Shown here: positions 57,451-64,000 of the stretch, in pieces | Layout: each line of letters begins with the position of its first letter | How positions within the stretch are numbered: position 1 is the first letter of the stretch | DNA from: Clostridiales bacterium | GTDB taxonomy: Bacteria; Bacillota; Clostridia; Oscillospirales; CAG-272 | DNA length: 64,000 nt | Assembly: GCA_012522015.1 (NCBI GenBank) | Contig: JAAYLD010000032.1 | Location: 8,520-72,519 of the forward strand | Reading direction: 5' to 3' | Position numbers and translations under genes: made by a program | Notes under the pieces: generated by a model | Databases searched by the model: none | What the model saw: only the letters and a program-made list of their open reading frames with translations | Told to the model about the DNA's origin: nothing

Positions 57451-58008
57451 TTATTTTGTCAACAATAACAGCTCATTTTTCACAGCATCCGAATCAGGGG
57501 AAACGCAGTAAACGACATATCCGCCAATCTTCATAATTACAGCATCATTTAGCTTAACGACTTCCCCCGCATTGTATGATTCAAATACGCTTTTTTGCTT
57601 GTCTCTATATTCTTGTAAAACATTGATTGCTTCATCAGCATTGTCAACACAGCGAACAATGACAAGCTCTTCGGCAAGAGCGCCTGTGCCAGCATAAGCA
57701 AACATATCGGCTTCATCCACCATGCCGTCAAGGTTGTAAACAGCAAGTGCGACATCGCCATCAAGAGATTCAAGCTCGTCTGTAAACTGAACTGCGCCGA
57801 AAACAGCCTCAGCGATTAGCTCATGGGAGATATCGACATCGTTGTTTCCCGCCGATAAAGAGCCAGTACCTGCATTTGATGTGCCAGCGTGTGAGTCACT
57901 GCCATTATCTTTGCCGCCGCGATCGCACCCTGAAAGAGCAGGAGTAGGTACTATGATAAGCGCTGCCGCGGCAATAATTGAAACTATACGGTAAAAATTA
58001 TTTTTCAT
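57451..58008 (-). CDS. Lipoprotein, DUF4358-like
   Basis: Lipobox ALSGC and a low-complexity linker. The C-terminal domain (..AEELVIVRCVDNADEAINVLQEYRDKQ..) resembles clostridial DUF4358 proteins as I recall them. Confidence 0.5.
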   Translation of the reverse strand: MKNNFYRIVSIIAAAALIIVPTPALSGCDRGGKDNGSDSHAGTSNAGTGSLSAGNNDVDISHELIAEAVFGAVQFTDELESLDGDVALAVYNLDGMVDEADMFAYAGTGALAEELVIVRCVDNADEAINVLQEYRDKQKSVFESYNAGEVVKLNDAVIMKIGGYVVYCVSPDSDAVKNELLLLTK

Positions 58009-58170
58009 TCGTTTATTATTATCTCTTTACTTTCTGTTTGCAATCTGCTTTTCTGAGGTGATTTCATCCATTATACATCGCTTTTTTGTCAGAATATTAA
58101 ATTTATATTAAAAATTTTCTTTCAGAAGAACTCTTATCGGCAATGCGTTTTATAAAAATACGCTTCTGTC

Positions 58171-59147
58171 CTAATTATTTGGTGCGAGGTTATCAGACGT
58201 GACAGAGGCGTTTTTCGCCATCCCTTCAACCGTATGCGTCAAAAGATACATAGCCCATTCTTTATAAGCTGCGCTCTTGAAATGGACACCATCAATCGCT
58301 GTTTCAAAGCGCTCCTCGTCCAAATTGCCCTCATCATCGCTGAAATATGACGCCAAATCAAGATAATAAGCCCCCTCCTCGGCGCAAACCTTTTTGATGA
58401 GCTGGTTATATACCTTTATCTTTGCGTTTCCGGTTGAAGCATAGCTTGTTTCAGACGCATTCTTTGTCATTGGTATAATATTCTCGACATATATATAATC
58501 GCGTCTGGGTTTATTTCTTTTATCTTGTGTATAAAATCACGGTATGGCTCGGCGAAAACCGCATTTGACTGCCAGCCAAGCTCATTTAGGCCAAAAGAGA
58601 GATATGCTTTGCCAAATTTTATCAATCGGAGTGCTTCAAGCACTGTCGTAGTCTCCGTATGCCCGCTCATCGTGACATCAGCGAATTTATATGTTGATAC
58701 CGTAGAAATCATAAGCCCGCGCAGAGCAAGAAATGTGGCGTTTTTTATACCTGAATACATTTGAAGCCCTTGTGTGCGGGAATCTCCGATGAAAACAGCA
58801 TCGTCAAAATATGACATGCTGGCAGCGTCGCTTTGGGGAACGGCTCCTGCCATATCATCGGGCTCCGGGTTGTCAGTTGGCGAATCCGTCTCGCTATCCC
58901 CTATGCCATCAGGGTCTTTTCCCGCGTTATCGCTGTCCTCGTTGTCATCCTCACCGGCAATATCATTGTCTTTGCCAGGATTTACGCCTATGACAACATC
59001 TCCAATAGCTTCGTCACTCTCGTCTACGCCGCTAAGTGCAGGAGTTTTATCCATTTTTTCGCCCGGCAATACACCACTATTGCACTTGGCAGTCGTCGAC
59101 ACTGCAAAAATGAAACCGCCATAATTATAAATTAAAAAAGACATCAC
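58171..59147 (-). pseudogene. SGNH/GDSL-family hydrolase, split by a frameshift in an (AT)n tract
   Basis: The upstream ORF carries block I FIGDSRT and block III GLNELG. The downstream ORF carries block V DGVHF. Removing one AT unit from ATATATATA (58489-58497) gives a continuous ...NPDAIIYVENIIPMTKNASETS... The annotated start has no SD, whereas a strong GGGGGGAGGG-N6-ATG lies at 59331 in another frame. Confidence 0.7.
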
Positions 59148-59681
59148 AGTGAAGCGAAGAGAGCAAGAATCACATATAAGATGCGTCCAGATCTGCTGCT
59201 TTGATAAAGCTTATTACCATCTCTGATTGTATAACCCCGCCTGTTTTTGAAGAGGAAATGCCGCTGCCGATATATTTGTTTGCCTTCGACTTAACAACAC
59301 AATAGCTACTGTGCCAAAATAAGCCGTGCATTAAAAACCCTCCCCCCAAATCTCCGCCATATTATGCTATGATGTCTATTTCTGTGCAAACTATGACGAT
59401 CTTGAAGCCTTTTATTATCTAAAACAATTATATCATATAGTGTAATGTCAATACAATGCTGCCGCTGGCATATTTACAGTTGTTTTATCGACCGCACCGC
59501 GCCTTGACAATATCAAGCCGGTTATAGTATCATGGTACGAAAAGGTTTAATAAATTAAATATACGGCATGCCAAGCAGAGGGCAAGGCATATACAAAATA
59601 GCCTTAAAACAGAAGGTTAAAACTGCATAATGTAAGCCCCTCTTGGCCTCCTGAAAGGTATTAATTTTTAAAATAAAAGAA

Positions 59682-60917
59682 ATGAAAAAGCCAGAGCTGC
59701 TATTGCCCGCCGGTGATCCGGAAAAACTACGCGCTGTGCTCTCCTACGGAGCAGACGCTGTTTATCTTGCGGGTAAATCATATGGTTTGCGCTCGGCCTG
59801 CGCTAATTTTACGGAAGAGGAGCTTGCCTCTGCCGTCTCGTACGCTCACTCGCTTGGCCGTCGCGTTTATGTCACCGTAAACACAATGCCTCGTGACCGT
59901 GAATATGCCCATCTTGCTGATTATATCCGTTATCTTTCCAAAATAGGCGCCGACGCCGTCATTGTCGGTGATATTGGGGTGCTCTCTCTTGTGCGTGATG
60001 TCGCACCGGAGCTTGATATACACCTATCGACTCAGGCAAGCGCCGTTTCATCATACGCGTGCCGCGCGTGGCACGCGCTTGGTGCTCGTCGCATCGTGCT
60101 TGCGCGCGAGCTTACGCTTCGCGAAATCTCCGAAATCCGCAAGAACACGCCGCCTGAGCTTGAGCTTGAGGTGTTCATACACGGAGCTATGTGCATTGCT
60201 TACAGCGGGCGGTGTCTGTTGTCAAATTGCCTCACAGGGCGCGACGCAAACAGAGGCGAATGCGCGCAGCCGTGCCGCTGGAATTATACTGTTAAGTCAA
60301 TAGAGGTCACCGAAGAAAAGCGCCCCGGCGGGCGCATTCCCATTGAGGAAGACGACGAGGGCACTTACGTTATGAGTTCGCGTGACCTTTGCATGATAGA
60401 GCACATACCCGAGCTGATTGACGCTGGCATTGACAGCTTTAAAATTGAAGGGCGCGTTAAAAGCGCCTATTATGGCGCTGTTACTGCAAATGCTTATCGC
60501 ATAGCTATAGACAGATACGTCTCCGACCCCCAAGGGTACACTTTCGATCCGGCGCTTCTTCGTGAACTTGAAAGCGTCAGCCACCGCGAATACTGCACCG
60601 GCTTTTTTTATGGCTCACCGGCAAACACGGCAAATACCGTTTCATACACAGGATACCTGCGCGACAAAGCATATCTTGCCGTCGCCATTTCACATGATGA
60701 GACATCGGGGCGCGCTGTGTTCCGGCAGAAAAACCGTGTGTGCGAGGGAGATGCCGCCGAGATTGTGTCTCCAGGCAAAACAGGGCGCGGTTTGATTATA
60801 TATGATTTGAAAAACAGCGATGGAGAGCCGATTGAATCGGCACCGCACCCCGGAATGCTTTTTTCAGTTAATGCGCCGTTCCCCATCGCACCGGGCGATA
60901 TGTTACGCGGTATATAA
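59682..60917 (+). CDS. Peptidase U32-family protein (TrhP/RlhA-like)
   Basis: ELLLPAGD...GADAVY and EVFIHGAMCIAYSGRCLLSN motifs, typical of the U32 family. Confidence 0.85.
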   Translation: MKKPELLLPAGDPEKLRAVLSYGADAVYLAGKSYGLRSACANFTEEELASAVSYAHSLGRRVYVTVNTMPRDREYAHLADYIRYLSKIGADAVIVGDIGVLSLVRDVAPELDIHLSTQASAVSSYACRAWHALGARRIVLARELTLREISEIRKNTPPELELEVFIHGAMCIAYSGRCLLSNCLTGRDANRGECAQPCRWNYTVKSIEVTEEKRPGGRIPIEEDDEGTYVMSSRDLCMIEHIPELIDAGIDSFKIEGRVKSAYYGAVTANAYRIAIDRYVSDPQGYTFDPALLRELESVSHREYCTGFFYGSPANTANTVSYTGYLRDKAYLAVAISHDETSGRAVFRQKNRVCEGDAAEIVSPGKTGRGLIIYDLKNSDGEPIESAPHPGMLFSVNAPFPIAPGDMLRGI

Positions 60918-61045
60918 TAGCGCCGGCGCTATGCGCAAGTGCGGCAACGAGTGCGGATATGAGCGCAATGCAAGCACATGACAAGCGAGCAAACGAAAAG
61001 CGCATAATTATCTCCGATTTTTAACTGCTATATAAGGAGTTTTTC

Positions 61046-61879
61046 ATGAAGTTGTTCATTGAGCTGATAAAAGCTGCTCTCTTCGGCATCATCGAGGGCG
61101 TGACGGAATGGCTGCCTATCAGCAGCACAGGTCACCTTATAATTCTTGAGCGTCTCGTTAAAATGGACATTTCCGATGCTTTTGTCGAAATGTTCCGTGT
61201 AGTCATACAGCTCGGCGCCATCCTTGCCGTTGTCGTGATGTATTTTACGCGTCTGAATCCGTTTTCAAAGAGCAAATCTCCCGCAGAAAAAACGGCGACA
61301 TGGCAGCTATGGTTCAAGGTTATCGTCGCCGTAATTCCTTCGGCTGTCATTGGAATGCTTTTTGATGACTGGTTCGACGAGCATTTTTATAATTACATTA
61401 CGGTAGCCATCACTTTGATCATTTACGGTGTGGCGTTTATACTTATCGAGCGCCGCTCGCCGAAATCGCAGGTAAAAAACGACGTCTCATCTATATCGTA
61501 TTTGACTGCATTCGCAATCGGGTTGTTCCAGATTCTTGCTATAATTCCCGGGACTTCGCGTTCCGGTTCAACAATCCTTGGCGCTATGCTCCTCGGCCTA
61601 ACCCGCACGGCGGCAGCCGAATTTTCATTTTTTATGGCAATCCCCACAATGGTCGGCGCAAGCGGCCTTAAAGCTGTAAAATTTATTCTTGACTCGGGCA
61701 TCCCGACATCCGCTGAGCTTGCTATTCTTTTTGTCGGATGTCTTGTTGCATTTATCGTTTCGATAATAGCTATCAGATTCTTGCTTGATTTTGTACGCAA
61801 GCATACATTCACATCGTTTGGTGTATACAGGATTGTTCTCGGCGCTATTGTTGCTGCTTATTTCCTTATCGCCGGATAA
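61046..61879 (+). CDS. uppP: Undecaprenyl-diphosphate phosphatase
   Basis: GVTEWLPISSTGHL and PGTSRSGSTI motifs. Confidence 0.95.
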   Translation: MKLFIELIKAALFGIIEGVTEWLPISSTGHLIILERLVKMDISDAFVEMFRVVIQLGAILAVVVMYFTRLNPFSKSKSPAEKTATWQLWFKVIVAVIPSAVIGMLFDDWFDEHFYNYITVAITLIIYGVAFILIERRSPKSQVKNDVSSISYLTAFAIGLFQILAIIPGTSRSGSTILGAMLLGLTRTAAAEFSFFMAIPTMVGASGLKAVKFILDSGIPTSAELAILFVGCLVAFIVSIIAIRFLLDFVRKHTFTSFGVYRIVLGAIVAAYFLIAG

Positions 61880-62013
61880 AACTTGGTATTTTCAATTATG
61901 TAATTATTGTAACTGCACCAGATTTTTACCTCGCCGCTTGTAAAACTGATGTGTTTGTGGTATATTAACATCAATAAATACGCAAGAAAACAAAAACTAT
62001 AGGAAGGCATAAT

Positions 62014-63315
62014 ATGGTGAGTTATAATAAAAAAACAATCGAAGATATCGACGTTTCAGGTAAACGAGTCCTTGCACGCTGCGACTTCAACGTGCCGATG
62101 GACGGCGGCGTCATCACTGATGATAAGCGCATAGTAGGCGCTATGCCGACGATCAAATACCTTGTCGATCACGGCGCAAAGGTGATTCTCTGCTCGCATC
62201 TTGGACGTCCTCACAACGTTTTCAACGACAAAATAAAGCTTAATAAGAAAGAATTAGCTAAAATCGAAGCTCTTCCCGAGGCCGAACGCGAGGCCGCAAC
62301 TGCCGCTGCCATAGAAAAGGCAAAGGGCGACGTCAAAAAGTTTTCTCTTGCCCCTGTCGCAGCAAAAACATCTGAATACCTTGGCAAGCCTGTTATCATG
62401 GCAGCCGACGTTGTTGGCCCTGACGCTAAAGCAAAGGCCGCCGCTCTTAAACCGGGCGATGTGATGCTTCTTGAAAATGTCCGTTTTCATGCGGAAGAAG
62501 AGAAAAATGATCCTAATTTTGCAAAAGAGCTTGCCTCACTTGCTGATATATACGTAAACGACGCCTTTGGCACTGCGCACCGTGCGCATGCATCGACAGC
62601 CGGCGTTGCCAACTACCTGCCCGCTGTTTGTGGTTTCCTTATTCAGAAGGAAATCACTATTATGGGCGACGCGCTTGAGAATCCGAAGCGCCCGTTTGTC
62701 GCCATCCTCGGCGGAGCAAAGGTTTCCGATAAGATAGGCATCATCACCAACCTCATCAATAAGGTTGATATGCTCATCATCGGCGGCGGTATGGCATACA
62801 CCTTCTTCAAAGCTATGGGAGCCCCTATCGGTGCCTCCATCTGCGAGGATGACAAACTTGATCTTGCTCGCGAGATCATGGAGAAAGCCCGCGCAAAGGG
62901 TGTTAAGTTCCTTCTTCCCGTCGACAACATCATCGGCCGCGAATATAAGGAAGACACTATTTTCATGCGCATTTACTCCGATTCCATACCGGACGGCTGG
63001 ATGGGGCTTGACATCGGCGAAAAGACTCAGGAGCTGTTCGCTAAGTCAATAATCGGTGCCGGCACTATTGTTTGGAACGGCCCAATGGGCGTCTCCGAAT
63101 GGGAGCACTTTGCGTCCGGTACTGAGGCTATCGCCGAAGCTGTCGCTGCATCTGGCGCTATCTCTATCATCGGCGGCGGTGATTCCGCAGCCGCAATCGA
63201 AAGGCTTGGTTACGCTGACCGTATGAAGCATATCTCGACAGGCGGCGGCGCGTCACTCGAATTCCTTGAAGGTCTTGAGCTTCCCGGCATCGCCTGCCTT
63301 AACGATAAAGAGTGA
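62014..63315 (+). CDS. pgk: Phosphoglycerate kinase, with an N-domain insertion of about 40 aa
   Basis: [32 protein letters not shown] and GGGD motifs. Extra segment: [43 protein letters not shown]. Confidence 0.95.
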   Translation: MVSYNKKTIEDIDVSGKRVLARCDFNVPMDGGVITDDKRIVGAMPTIKYLVDHGAKVILCSHLGRPHNVFNDKIKLNKKELAKIEALPEAEREAATAAAIEKAKGDVKKFSLAPVAAKTSEYLGKPVIMAADVVGPDAKAKAAALKPGDVMLLENVRFHAEEEKNDPNFAKELASLADIYVNDAFGTAHRAHASTAGVANYLPAVCGFLIQKEITIMGDALENPKRPFVAILGGAKVSDKIGIITNLINKVDMLIIGGGMAYTFFKAMGAPIGASICEDDKLDLAREIMEKARAKGVKFLLPVDNIIGREYKEDTIFMRIYSDSIPDGWMGLDIGEKTQELFAKSIIGAGTIVWNGPMGVSEWEHFASGTEAIAEAVAASGAISIIGGGDSAAAIERLGYADRMKHISTGGGASLEFLEGLELPGIACLNDKE

Positions 63316-63327
63316 GGCGGATGCGGT

Positions 63328-64000
63328 ATGAATAGAGAAAAAAGACGCACCGTTATTGCGGGCAACTGGAAAATGAATAAAACGCCGAGGGAAGCATTTG
63401 CGCTTGTTTCGGAAATTGCTGCCGCTGCGCGCGGCAAGGATAAATGCGATGTAGTTTTATGCGTGCCATTTGTCGATATTCCTGCTGCCGTTGCAGCAGC
63501 CGAAGGCACAAACGTCGCAATTGGCGCTCAAAACGTTCATTTTAAAGAGTCGGGTGCTTATACCGGCGAGGTTTCAGCCCCTATGCTTGTCGAGTGCGGC
63601 GTGAAATATGTTATCGTCGGTCACAGTGAACGTCGTCAGTACTTTGGTGAAACTGATGAAACTGTCCGCCTGCGCGCTAAAGCTGCTATTGACGCAGGGC
63701 TGACAGCTATCATCTGCGTCGGCGAAGTTATAGGACAGCGCCAGAGCGGCATTACGAATGAAATCGTCTCAATGCAGACAAAGCTTGACCTTGAGGGATT
63801 GACAAAGGACGAACTTTCCCGCGTCATTATCGCATACGAGCCCGTATGGGCTATCGGAACCGGCCTTACGGCGACGCCCGAACAGGCCGAGGAAGTCTGC
63901 GCTCTCATCCGCCGCGTCGTCGCTGATCTCTACGATAAAGAAGCAGCCGATGCCCTGACTATTCAGTACGGCGGCTCCATGAATGAGAAAAATGCAGCCG
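63328..64000 (+). CDS. tpiA: Triose-phosphate isomerase (3' end outside the window)
   Basis: My translation from the ATG at 63328 is MNREKRRTVIAGNWKMNKT...VIVGHSERR...AYEPVWAIGTG. The frame is open to the window edge, so it is absent from the ORF track. Confidence 0.9.
   Translation, partial: MNREKRRTVIAGNWKMNKTPREAFALVSEIAAAARGKDKCDVVLCVPFVDIPAAVAAAEGTNVAIGAQNVHFKESGAYTGEVSAPMLVECGVKYVIVGHSERRQYFGETDETVRLRAKAAIDAGLTAIICVGEVIGQRQSGITNEIVSMQTKLDLEGLTKDELSRVIIAYEPVWAIGTGLTATPEQAEEVCALIRRVVADLYDKEAADALTIQYGGSMNEKNAA

Noticed and set aside
1-64000. Scan for CRISPR arrays, transposases or integrases, prophage genes, toxin-antitoxin pairs and known defence systems.
   Set aside because: - I saw no regularly spaced direct repeats with unique spacers.
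- No ORF has transposase, recombinase, phage structural, restriction-modification or Cas-like motifs.
- The only tandem repeat is the in-frame coding repeat at 20098-20243.

Overview
This 64 kb window is chromosomal DNA. Gene content and regulatory RNAs (T-box, L-box and B12 riboswitches, split transketolase, an iscR-nifS-nifU-mnmA type operon, ECF transporters) suggest a Firmicutes/Clostridia organism; that assignment is inference only, with no search run.

Most of the window is housekeeping:
- split transketolase
- a Zur-like regulator with a ZnuABC-type zinc importer
- an Fe-S/tRNA-modification operon (tcdA, Rrf2 regulator, nifS, nifU, mnmA)
- greA
- a lysine-riboswitch-controlled amino-acid ABC importer
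- ftsK, rpsO-pnp, T-box-controlled pheST, uppP, pgk-tpiA
- two tRNAs: Leu-CAA and Glu-CUC

Three regions are less ordinary.

1. 15.6-29.0 kb holds a tightly packed seven-gene, 13 kb minus-strand operon. It encodes a 1066-aa solute-binding protein, two complete sugar-type ABC permease pairs, a 710-aa NHL-propeller/Yip1 membrane fusion, and a 1247-aa secreted protein carrying an acidic 9-nt tandem-repeat insertion and a long Ala-rich helical region. It has no ATPase, regulator or recognisable glycosidase. This is the best candidate for an undescribed system.
2. 35.9-41.0 kb holds a cobalamin riboswitch followed by a small basic protein, a DUF4430-like surface protein and a dedicated ECF transporter.
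3. 41.08-41.30 kb is a promoter-fronted, ORF-less locus of about 205 nt that folds into a rod with a central bubble, like 6S RNA.

Smaller oddities:
- a ThyX-fold protein lacking the ThyX catalytic motif
- two frameshifted genes, each broken in a simple repeat (an SGNH hydrolase in an (AT)n tract and a LURP-one-like paralog in an A-run)
- a split TauE pair
- a Pgk with an insertion of about 40 aa

I saw no CRISPR array, transposase, integrase or recognisable defence system. All calls rest on reading the supplied ORF translations and the DNA by eye; no database search or folding program was run.
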